From a virus (taxonomy: Duplodnaviria > Heunggongvirae > Uroviricota > Caudoviricetes), in the IMG/VR virus record IMGVR_UViG_2703718848_000007: a DNA stretch of 8,958 bases. One strand, written 5' to 3'. Shown piece by piece: positions 1-6,867 of this stretch. Each line of letters opens with the position of its first letter. Within the stretch, counting starts at the first letter, position 1. The notes beneath the pieces are model-generated. The model was not told where the DNA came from, made no database searches, and saw only the letters and a list, made by a program, of their open reading frames with translations. Both the position numbers and the translations under genes were made by a program.

Positions 1-20
1 CCCGCCTCGCCCGCCCGCTT
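1..20. other. partial cos site (cohesive-end sequence runs off the left edge of the window)
   Basis: Reverse complement of 1-11 is GGCGAGGCGGG, the first 11 nt of the P2/P4 19-nt cohesive end GGCGAGGCGGGGAAAGCAC as I recall it. Position next to the variable region downstream of A fits P2 architecture. Confidence 0.45.
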
Positions 21-136
21 CATGGGTCGATTTCAATGCAGTTGCATGAGTCCATTAAAAGCACATCAGTACTGGCAAAATAAAGATGCAGAAATTAATC
101 CTTGAAGATGCAAAAAAATGCAACGCAACGCACCTC

Positions 137-835
137 TTACGGCTTCGTCAATACAGACTTAAATTTATCATTAAATGGCTTAATTTGAGGTAATGTTAAT
201 TTTTTTACAAATGTTTTTGTCGTTGTGTGAACTACGACGCTACCTTCTCCAAGAGTATTCCCCTGACATTCTTTTACGAACCCCTCATCAGTTACTGATG
301 CGGTAATGCTCTCTGGAATTATAAGCGTCAATATATCACCATAGTCTTCTAAAACATGCGGTAACTTACCATCTATAAGCTTATGCGGGTTTACATAAAT
401 ATCTAAGGATTTATTGTTAGAAAATCGCAACCTCACCGACTGAATGTTACTCCTAACTTGTCTTTTGTTTGTTATAGTTATTGATATCGCTGTATTTTTG
501 ATACTCGGCAAGTGCAATGATGGAATTAACACCATACTATATCGAATGTCAATCTCCTCTGAATTTTCCTTTGCCGAACGGAGTGCTAACAACAATGATA
601 TCGCAGCAGCAGAAAATGCTCCCAACCCAGAAACCCAAGTACCCAACATAGTTAAAAAAGGTATTGTAATTGATTGGAATTTAGTGTCCCCATTCAAACC
701 AACACCACTATAGCCCACATAACACCCTATAAAAAAGAATAGACAAGCCGTTATTAAAACAAAAAATAAATGAATAGAGCTTATCCTTTTAAATTTCAAC
801 AAAAAATCTTTCAAAATAATTTTACATCTCTTCAT
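137..835 (-). CDS. two-helix membrane protein with about 145-aa C-terminal domain predicted cytoplasmic; unknown family (cargo gene 2)
   Basis: 232-codon ORF in clearly AT-rich DNA. AGGA lies 7 nt upstream of the ATG at 835. Translation has a strongly basic N-terminus (MKRCKIILKDFLLKFKR), two hydrophobic helices (IHLFFVLITACLFFFIGCYVGY and ITIPFLTMLGTWVSGLGAFSAAAISLLLAL) and a beta-rich soluble C-terminal domain. No family recognised by eye. Confidence 0.7.
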   Translation of the reverse strand: MKRCKIILKDFLLKFKRISSIHLFFVLITACLFFFIGCYVGYSGVGLNGDTKFQSITIPFLTMLGTWVSGLGAFSAAAISLLLALRSAKENSEEIDIRYSMVLIPSLHLPSIKNTAISITITNKRQVRSNIQSVRLRFSNNKSLDIYVNPHKLIDGKLPHVLEDYGDILTLIIPESITASVTDEGFVKECQGNTLGEGSVVVHTTTKTFVKKLTLPQIKPFNDKFKSVLTKP

Positions 836-892
836 TTTCTAATCCTGTATTAAAATCAGACACCAAGCTTTATTAATCACTATTTTTATGAT

Positions 893-917
893 TGCCAGCA
901 TAAATACTGGCATTTTT
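893..917 (+). terminator. candidate intrinsic terminator on the plus strand (antisense to the cargo genes)
   Basis: Stem TGCCAG (893-898) and CTGGCA (907-912) with 8-nt loop, followed directly by TTTTTATTATT. On the minus strand the same hairpin has no U-tract after it. Confidence 0.35.
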
Positions 918-933
918 ATTATTCTGGCAGAGT

Positions 934-1665
934 TCACTCACTTATAATTGATACAACCTCACCTGTTTCTACATTGACACGCGCAGCAATCGTCTGTTTC
1001 ACCACTCCGCCATAAGCATTAGTTCCGCGAAACGTGGTTTTCACAATGGCATGCGGGTCTTTATTCAAAACCAGATGATATACCGTTGACACATGTTTAT
1101 AAGATGAATCATCGTTCATATTATCTTTAATTAGTTTTTCCAAAGGACGATAAGAACCATCCCAACCACTAAAATTACTCTGAAATGTATCAAGATTGAT
1201 TTTATTGTTTAGTGAATTCGGGTCATTTTCATAATCATTAAAGCACCACCCAAGAACATCACCGAGTTTCAACTCATCATCTTTGGTAAATGTATACTCA
1301 CTCATGCAGGCATAAAACGCATCTGACGCGGTGGCTGGAACTTCCTTAAAATCAATGTAACTATTCACAATATCGTGTCGTGTTTTCTTTGACTCGTTCC
1401 GATATTCCTTGAGTGTTTTTTCACCATATTCGAATGTTTTTTGGACTTTGTGTTCTGCAACGGTTGATGTTTCAGTTTTAGCAACTGGCTGGCTTTTTTC
1501 TGTTGGATAGAGTATTGAACCAATTATGCCCAATACAAAACCTCCTCCGAGATAAACCGCACTTGCACGTTTGCGGCTTGGCATTCGCACCAGTGATGGT
1601 TTGATTAACCCGATGAAAAAAGCAACGAAAAAAGCGAGTGATAGAAAAGCGATTACAGTATCCAT
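934..1665 (-). CDS. two-helix membrane protein with about 190-aa C-terminal domain predicted periplasmic; unknown family (cargo gene 1)
   Basis: The ORF track extends to 1689, but that codon is GTG. The in-frame ATG at 1665 has AAGGAT about 5 nt upstream, so 243 aa is preferred. Helices TVIAFLSLAFFVAFFIGLI and VYLGGGFVLGIIGSILY are separated by a basic loop KPSLVRMPSRKRASA (positive-inside rule puts the loop in the cytoplasm). The C-terminal domain has two Cys (FYACMSEY, LGWCFNDY). DNA is AT-rich. Confidence 0.7.
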   Translation of the reverse strand: MDTVIAFLSLAFFVAFFIGLIKPSLVRMPSRKRASAVYLGGGFVLGIIGSILYPTEKSQPVAKTETSTVAEHKVQKTFEYGEKTLKEYRNESKKTRHDIVNSYIDFKEVPATASDAFYACMSEYTFTKDDELKLGDVLGWCFNDYENDPNSLNNKINLDTFQSNFSGWDGSYRPLEKLIKDNMNDDSSYKHVSTVYHLVLNKDPHAIVKTTFRGTNAYGGVVKQTIAARVNVETGEVVSIISE

Positions 1666-1686
1666 AGCTATCCTTTTTGCATCATC

Positions 1687-1715
1687 CACATAAAAAATCG
1701 ACCTTATGTTAGCAA
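1687..1715 (-). promoter_or_regulatory. tentative sigma70-type promoter for cargo gene 1
   Basis: On the minus strand TTGCTA (plus 1710-1715), a 17-nt spacer, then TATGTG (plus 1687-1692), about 20 nt upstream of the ATG at 1665. Weak -10, by-eye call only. Confidence 0.25.
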
Positions 1716-1746
1716 CAGGAAGCTTACTTTTGAATATTTGTAAGTT

Positions 1747-1771
1747 GTTAGCTTGAGCTCTCCGAGCTAAC
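1747..1771. repeat. inverted repeat GTTAGCT / AGCTAAC around a GAGCTC-containing loop, at the AT-rich to GC-rich transition
   Basis: Read directly: 7-bp arms at 1747-1753 and 1765-1771 with an 11-nt loop; no U-tract on either side. Confidence 0.5.
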
Positions 1772-1851
1772 TCCTTTCAACCGTCAAAAAACAGCACCAT
1801 CACAGTAAAAATATGAATGTCAACTAACGCCTCGCTTCGCTCGTTGTTCAA

Positions 1852-1890
1852 CGCCGCCAGCCCTGAAAACAAGTTTCACGACTGGCGGCG
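1852..1890. repeat. 39-bp imperfect palindrome (about 17-bp arms, 2 mismatches)
   Basis: Left arm CGCCGCCAGCCCTGAAA pairs with right arm TTTCACGACTGGCGGCG; central loop ACAAG. Lies in the spacer between cargo gene 1 and the small gene downstream of A. Confidence 0.5.
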
Positions 1891-2100
1891 TTCTCTATCG
1901 TCTGCGTGGTGGTGGCGTAACTCTGGATTGACTGATATGGTTAAACCGCCCGTAATTATCCCGGACTATTTCGGCACACCCGACCAGCTCATCGGGCGTC
2001 AGATTTTCGTTGACCATAATCCGCTGTAAACGCTGAACAATAGCCATCAGCTTGATATTTTTAGTTTTATGGTGCGGTATCTCACTTGGCATTCTGTGCA

Positions 2101-2556
2101 TTATCCAAGCCACCCGTTTTGCTGTGCACGCCCCATCTGTTCATCTGAATAGTGCCATGCTCCATCCGTGGCAACCATTGCCCCGCCAGACATCCCCGTC
2201 TCTGGTTCATACATAACAGCAAGGCCGAGTTGATGCATAATTTCATGATTAATTCTGAATACCAGACCACGCTCACTAAGTTCTTTCCAGTTCACAATCT
2301 CATATGCGCCTGTATTAAGCCGCTCAATACTTAGCAAGACATAATCTTCCAGCCAGTCTGACAGGTCAGTAACATCTGTTATCCGGGCTTCAACCTTTCG
2401 CCCCGTATACACACCCTGCACCCATTCATGCAAAATCAACGTGTCCCCGCGCTCATAATTACGGTCATTTTTCCGAAACTCTGCGCGTTTCTTTCCTTCC
2501 AGCACAAGGTCGAAATATTTTGCGTGCAGCTTTACCTCGTGAATTTTTGCCATCAT
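2101..2556 (-). CDS. small protein with N-terminal ASCH/PUA-like (DUF3850-type) domain and a C-terminal segment carrying an HExxH motif
   Basis: Start ATG at 2556 overlaps the A stop codon (ATGA, plus 2553-2556), with GGAG 6-7 nt upstream. N-terminus KIHEVKLHAKYFDLVLEGKKRAEFRKNDRNYERGD matches the pattern I associate with DUF3850. C-terminal part contains NHEIMHQLG. The ORF track start at 2589 would overlap A by 37 nt and is less likely. Confidence 0.6.
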   Translation of the reverse strand: MMAKIHEVKLHAKYFDLVLEGKKRAEFRKNDRNYERGDTLILHEWVQGVYTGRKVEARITDVTDLSDWLEDYVLLSIERLNTGAYEIVNWKELSERGLVFRINHEIMHQLGLAVMYEPETGMSGGAMVATDGAWHYSDEQMGRAQQNGWLG

Positions 2557-4838
2557 GTCCACTCCATTACTGTTGAAAATCCCGGCCATTCATCAGCGAC
2601 CGGATACGTGAATTTTTTCCCGTCATAATTTACGGTTGCCCCACGCGCCAGCGCCTCAATCTCCCATCGCTGAGGCCTGATACCGTTCTGAGCAAGGTCA
2701 ACGCGGATACGGGTAATTTGCATTCGTTCCGGCCGGGTCAGTCTGGCCGATGGCGCTATTTCATGTGGTTTTAACGGGCTTCCGTTTCTTTGCTGGCGAT
2801 TTGGTCTTCTCAGTCCGTGTTTTAATGCTCCCCTGAGCGCCCTCACAACCTCCGGGTCATTCCATTCGATAACACCGTCATCTACCAGATTAAGCACTGC
2901 TGCGGCGTGTTCAGAAGGTGTGGGAGCCGGTAACGAAGCATCACCACCGGTGAGTTTTCCACAGTTATTGACAGGACTCCGAGGCGCGGCGATGCCGCTT
3001 TTTAAAGTCAAAGGCTCAACGACCGGAACTTTCGGCACAATGCGCCAATCCGTGGTTCTGGTGATATGAATATGACGCGCGCCGAGATGCGGTGCGTAAA
3101 TGCCGACCACTCTCTCGACTTCTTCCTCGTACTCGTTAACGTCATCCGACGGGCTACGGGCGACTCTGACAGTCTGACAATCGCGCGGAACATTTGCCCC
3201 ACCCTGCGCGCTGATATACAACGCAAAATCACCACTGTCTGCGGCGGCGCGTGCAGCCTCGACGCGCTCGTCAAACTCATCAGCAATGCTGACGCCGCGC
3301 GGCAATTTGCGTAGTTCACGGTAAGCCCCCATTGTCGGCAGGCCAACCGTTTTAAATTGCGGGATGCGCCACGTTGACGCCCATGCGGTAACAGCCGCTG
3401 CAGTGTCTTTCAGCGGCCTGCCGGTGTCGTTATCGAGCTGACCATCCAGTGCATAGCCGTCGATGTTTTTTGAAATGTATTTCGCGATATATCCCGCAGC
3501 ACCGCCCCGGTTAAGGTGTTTTGCCTGAAAACGGTTTCGCGCAGCTCCTCTTTCGTCTCCATCCTCTTTGAGCGCGTAGCGACGCATGATTTCGATAATC
3601 TGGTTACGCTGGCGTGGATTACAAAAAAGCATCATATGCCAGTGCGGCGTTCCGTCGTGGTGTGGCTCGACGACACGCAAACCGTAGACCTGTAAATCAT
3701 TATCCTTGAATGCCGTGCGCATCAGGCTCCAGATGCGGCAGAGATAACGCTGCGCATCCTTTGGATTAAATGCCTCATCGTTCCAGCCGTGATTAAGCTG
3801 AACGGTTTTACTTTCGCCTTTTCTGACCTGACGTGTCGGGTGATACTTTGACGGCGCGGTCAGCGTGATAAACATCCCCACATCACCCTCTGCGGCGGCG
3901 TAACGCTCAATACCGGCAATGGTGTTCATCAGCTCCATCCGGCGAATTTCAGGATTAGAAATACTGCCCATCACCTTACTGATAAGGTCGATGCGCTCGC
4001 CGGTTTCCCTGTTTTCGAGGTCACACGATTTAAGAAATTCCAGATTTGCCTGGCGGCGCGCACGCACATCACGAATGGCATGTTTACTGGCATAAGGAGA
4101 ACGGTCTTTATTGACCTCCCCGACAGCAATCAGTAACGCCTCATGCCAGCGCATACGCTGGCCTTTAAGCTGATGAGTCCACCACTCATCGTTAAACAGG
4201 CGGGCAATGGCAGAATATGCCTGCCTCGTGGTCATCTGCCCTTTACGGTATTTTTTCCAGTAAAGCGGGGAAATATTGAAAGCACGTGCAGCGCCAGCAA
4301 CATGACCATAGAGGTGAGCCTGCGCCTCATCCGTAAACAGCGATTCTTTTTCGCCATGTGCATCAACCCAGGCATCGCAGAGTTCCTCATACATCATGAA
4401 AAGCTGCGATGAGATACGGGCAGCAAACTTTTTCAGCTCCTTGTCATTCATCCCCGGCAGGCGCGCATACTGGTCGCGCTCTGCCAGAAACAGCAACGAC
4501 GCGTCGGTGTTCATTTCATGGCGCTGATTCACACGCTCAATGCGCGGCCATAAACGACGCTGAAAAGTGGATGTGAGGAAATAAAACCCGTGCACCGGGC
4601 TTTTATTGCGCCGGATGTAGTCATAGCGTGAAGTAAACAGCGAGCGCAAAAAGTAAGGCAGACGGTTAATCGTGGATAAAACCCCTTGCACCTGACGCAT
4701 CTCGTCACGTGTAAGGGGTCTTTCGCGCCCGACAGCCTCGCGTGGCGCGTTCCATGCATAAGCACCGGTAAACGCCTTACCGGTGCCTGCGGCAAATGCT
4801 GACGGAGGGACAAAACGCCCGGAGGCTTTAACGGCCAT
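2553..4838 (-). CDS. A: rolling-circle replication initiator (HUH endonuclease), phage P2 gpA family
   Basis: Translation contains the HUH-type motif PHWHMMLF and the paired-tyrosine motif GYIAKYISK. Starting at the in-frame ATG at 4838 gives 761 aa, matching the P2 gpA length as I recall it; the codon at 4880 used by the ORF track is TTG. Confidence 0.9.
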   Translation of the reverse strand: MAVKASGRFVPPSAFAAGTGKAFTGAYAWNAPREAVGRERPLTRDEMRQVQGVLSTINRLPYFLRSLFTSRYDYIRRNKSPVHGFYFLTSTFQRRLWPRIERVNQRHEMNTDASLLFLAERDQYARLPGMNDKELKKFAARISSQLFMMYEELCDAWVDAHGEKESLFTDEAQAHLYGHVAGAARAFNISPLYWKKYRKGQMTTRQAYSAIARLFNDEWWTHQLKGQRMRWHEALLIAVGEVNKDRSPYASKHAIRDVRARRQANLEFLKSCDLENRETGERIDLISKVMGSISNPEIRRMELMNTIAGIERYAAAEGDVGMFITLTAPSKYHPTRQVRKGESKTVQLNHGWNDEAFNPKDAQRYLCRIWSLMRTAFKDNDLQVYGLRVVEPHHDGTPHWHMMLFCNPRQRNQIIEIMRRYALKEDGDERGAARNRFQAKHLNRGGAAGYIAKYISKNIDGYALDGQLDNDTGRPLKDTAAAVTAWASTWRIPQFKTVGLPTMGAYRELRKLPRGVSIADEFDERVEAARAAADSGDFALYISAQGGANVPRDCQTVRVARSPSDDVNEYEEEVERVVGIYAPHLGARHIHITRTTDWRIVPKVPVVEPLTLKSGIAAPRSPVNNCGKLTGGDASLPAPTPSEHAAAVLNLVDDGVIEWNDPEVVRALRGALKHGLRRPNRQQRNGSPLKPHEIAPSARLTRPERMQITRIRVDLAQNGIRPQRWEIEALARGATVNYDGKKFTYPVADEWPGFSTVMEWT

Positions 4839-5103
4839 ATGAGCCAAAAGCCTCTGAACAACGCCTGCTGAGTTGCTCAACCTGCGCGTTTAAATCAGCA
4901 AAAGACTTTGCGCTTCCGGTCAGAATATCGTGATGCATCAGGCCGGAAACGAGCTGGCTTAATTTCGGATAATAACCAACCACCGCCAGCCATTCCTGAC
5001 CGGCGTTTTTACCGCTTTCCGCTCTCTTTTTCTCGTGGAGAATAAACTGAAAGCTGTCACTGGTAACGACATAACGTTCGCCAATTTCAATACGAATACT
5101 CAT
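4828..5103 (-). CDS. P2 orf83-like early protein, function unknown
   Basis: 91-aa ORF; its ATG overlaps the stop of the upstream gene (ATGA at 5100-5103) and its end overlaps the A start by 11 nt. Position immediately upstream of A as in P2. Confidence 0.7.
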   Translation of the reverse strand: MSIRIEIGERYVVTSDSFQFILHEKKRAESGKNAGQEWLAVVGYYPKLSQLVSGLMHHDILTGSAKSFADLNAQVEQLSRRCSEAFGSYGR

Positions 5104-5324
5104 GCCGTTCTCCGGTAATGTTTGTTTTTTGCTTCAAAGACTGACTGGCAGGAAACACAACGCGTGGCTGACGGATAAGCCGCACGACGGGCAGCAGGTA
5201 TTGGCGCGTCACACTCTTCGCAAACCAGCGCAGAAGCACCGCAATGTTTTACCCTTGCCGCGTTAATCTGACGCTCCAGTAATTCAGCCTGTTGTTCCTG
5301 AATAAAATCTACGTTGTCCGGCAT
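5100..5324 (-). CDS. TraR/DksA-type C4 zinc-finger protein (P2 orf82-like)
   Basis: 74 aa with CxxC ... CxxC (CEECDAPIP ... CVSCQ) near the C-terminus, typical of the TraR/DksA zinc-finger family. Start overlaps the upstream stop (TAATG). Confidence 0.75.
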   Translation of the reverse strand: MPDNVDFIQEQQAELLERQINAARVKHCGASALVCEECDAPIPAARRAAYPSATRCVSCQSVFEAKNKHYRRTA

Positions 5325-5629
5325 TACCAGCTCCTTTTGTCGTTAAGTTTTTTAAATTCATCAGCGCAATAGCTGGCAATTTCTGTCGTTAATTTCGTCA
5401 GTTCATCCACGGAGGAGATTTGCTTGTGAAATACAGCGCGTTTAACAAGTAAATTGACCACATCAGACAGGAGATTTAATTCGTTCTGATAAATCGCGAT
5501 AACAGACTCAGTTATTTCGCGTTTTTCTTTATCAAGACCAAGTTGAATAAGAGATAAATCGCCATTTTTCATAACGGTGATTTTTAAGGCGTTATTCAGT
5601 AATACAACTGAACGAGAACAGGACATCAA
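5324..5629 (-). CDS. P2 orf81-like early protein, function unknown
   Basis: 101-aa ORF, start-stop overlapped with neighbours on both sides (ATGA at 5626-5629); same operon and strand. Confidence 0.7.
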   Translation of the reverse strand: MMSCSRSVVLLNNALKITVMKNGDLSLIQLGLDKEKREITESVIAIYQNELNLLSDVVNLLVKRAVFHKQISSVDELTKLTTEIASYCADEFKKLNDKRSW

Positions 5630-5850
5630 AGCACCTCCCCGCGAGACAATCCGATATTGTGAAATTTTTCCGACTCCTGACTGAGCAGCTCGACTATCTC
5701 CACGCGGGATAACTCCGCCTTTGTGATGTGGCGAATCATGGCGTCAAGATGAGAAGAAAAGCGCGTCGCAGCGTCGGCCTGTGCTTCGGTTCTGGCCTGT
5801 TGCAGCAGTAATGCGTATTTACCGCACTGATTTTCAGAAACTGTATGCAT
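5626..5850 (-). CDS. P2 orf80-like early protein, function unknown
   Basis: Track ORF runs to 5883, but the in-frame ATG at 5850 is preceded by GGAGAAAG with good spacing, giving 74 aa (MHTVSENQ...). Confidence 0.65.
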   Translation of the reverse strand: MHTVSENQCGKYALLLQQARTEAQADAATRFSSHLDAMIRHITKAELSRVEIVELLSQESEKFHNIGLSRGEVL

Positions 5851-5913
5851 GACTTTCTCCAGGCAAAAAGAAACCCCGCACAATTAAGTGCGTTAAAAAC
5901 TCTGGTTAATTAT

Positions 5914-6414
5914 TTAATGCAGATATTGCTCTGGTTTTACCGACGTCAGAATTGTCGGTGCATACTCAAACAGGCTGAATAATTCACGTAATGCACGGAA
6001 TAAAGCATCACGCCAGTAACATGATTCTTCATTAATTCGCCAGTATGGCTGGTTAAATTCTTTTTCTGTCAGTCGTGCGTGCATAAATAAAGTACGGCGC
6101 TGACTGACGGTTAAAAAACTAATATATGCATACTCACTTGCGCCAACCTGACGGCGTTTTGAGAATGCCCCACGCAGTTCATCAATTGCACAAACCAGCC
6201 GTTCACGTTCGACGTCGTTCATTTCTTCAAAACGCATCGTTGCGTGACGTTGTTTTAACTGCGCATGAAAGCAAACTGTTAGCCGTTCGCGCTCCATCAT
6301 CTGATTATAATAATCACATGTATCCTGCCAGCGAGGGACGGCAAGATGCTTACCAATTATCCGGCGCATAGCTGCTGGCTGTTTTTCGACGAGATTGAGC
6401 GTCATCACTGTCAT
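5914..6414 (-). CDS. B: replication protein B (helicase-loader-like), P2 gpB family
   Basis: 166 aa, the same length as P2 B as I recall, in the cox-orf78-B-...-A order. Start overlaps the orf78 stop (ATGA). Confidence 0.85.
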   Translation of the reverse strand: MTVMTLNLVEKQPAAMRRIIGKHLAVPRWQDTCDYYNQMMERERLTVCFHAQLKQRHATMRFEEMNDVERERLVCAIDELRGAFSKRRQVGASEYAYISFLTVSQRRTLFMHARLTEKEFNQPYWRINEESCYWRDALFRALRELFSLFEYAPTILTSVKPEQYLH

Positions 6415-6581
6415 TTCCAGACCCTCCGGCTTTTCAGAAAGGTCAGAGCCTTTTTTAACGGACTCTGTTTTTTGGTGCGGATAATGATTCCCTTACGCCC
6501 CTTACCGTGGGTGATGGTGAAGTCAATCGCCCTGGGGCTTTCGTTACGCAATAACTGAGCAATACAACGAGGCTCATTCAT
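6411..6581 (-). CDS. P2 orf78-like small basic protein
   Basis: In-frame ATG at 6581 is preceded by AAGGAG 6 nt upstream; this gives 56 aa (MNEPRCIAQ...). The track start at 6605 would overlap cox by 14 nt. Confidence 0.55.
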   Translation of the reverse strand: MNEPRCIAQLLRNESPRAIDFTITHGKGRKGIIIRTKKQSPLKKALTFLKSRRVWK

Positions 6582-6591
6582 ACGGTTCTCC

Positions 6592-6867
6592 TTAACGTGG
6601 TTCACCGAGACCTAACCACATCAACCAGCCGTCACGAATCTCTTTAGGACGGCTTTCATAAGCCAGTTTTAGTCCGTTATTCCATGCCGGAAGGTATACC
6701 CAATATTCACCAGCACGCCCCGATACTGACTGAGGGTCAGTAATCTCAATAACTGGTAATTTCCCTTTCTCAATCATGCCCCTTACAGCTCTTGGAGTTT
6801 TACCAATGAGTTTTGCAAACTCCTGATAAGGCACGGCATCAGTCACGCTTACAAGCTGTCTATTCAT
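6592..6867 (-). CDS. cox: Cox excisionase / early-promoter regulator, P2 Cox family
   Basis: 91 aa, first gene of the leftward operon, divergent from C. AAGGGAG lies 8 nt upstream of the ATG. Size and position as for P2 Cox. Confidence 0.85.
   Translation of the reverse strand: MNRQLVSVTDAVPYQEFAKLIGKTPRAVRGMIEKGKLPVIEITDPQSVSGRAGEYWVYLPAWNNGLKLAYESRPKEIRDGWLMWLGLGEPR

Noticed and set aside
137-560. PilZ-type c-di-GMP-binding domain in the C-terminus of cargo gene 2
   Set aside because: The beta-rich look suggested it, but I could not find the RxxxR plus D/NxSxxG motif pair in register.
444-713. Plus-strand 89-aa ORF antisense to cargo gene 2
   Set aside because: Entirely inside the 232-aa minus-strand gene, which has the better start context. 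A hydrophobic antisense frame is expected opposite a TM-coding segment.
137-1665. Cargo membrane proteins as holin/antiholin lysis genes
   Set aside because: P2-family lysis genes sit in the late region, not between cos and A. Both proteins are over 230 aa with large soluble domains, unlike holins of roughly 70-110 aa.
1852-1890. 39-bp palindrome as intrinsic terminator of the A operon
   Set aside because: No U-tract follows the hairpin in the minus-strand (operon) direction, and only a weak pyrimidine run follows on the plus strand.
1817-2113. Small ORFs in the spacer (1817-2029 plus, 1895-2113 minus) and overlapping frames 2082-2276 minus, 2152-2334 plus, 2428-2628 plus
   Set aside because: No convincing ribosome-binding sites, no recognisable motifs, and several overlap the better-supported 2101-2556 gene. 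The minus-strand spacer ORF is kept only as a possibility within the spacer finding.
3008-3346. ORFs antisense to or out of frame with gene A (3008-3346 minus, 3066-3314 plus, 4143-4412 plus, 4529-4861 minus)
   Set aside because: They lie wholly inside the well-supported A coding region, which is GC-rich and so prone to long spurious frames. No ribosome-binding sites and no recognisable content.
5877-5892. Hairpin CGCAC / GTGCG followed by GGGTTTCTTTTTG on the minus strand between B and orf80 as an attenuator
   Set aside because: The stem is only 5 bp with a 6-nt AT loop, too weak to call by eye. It may be worth testing, but it is not supported as a feature.
6126-6558. Plus-strand ORFs 6126-6371 and 6346-6558, antisense to B and orf78
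   Set aside because: Embedded in the conserved B/orf78 region on the opposite strand; no start signals.
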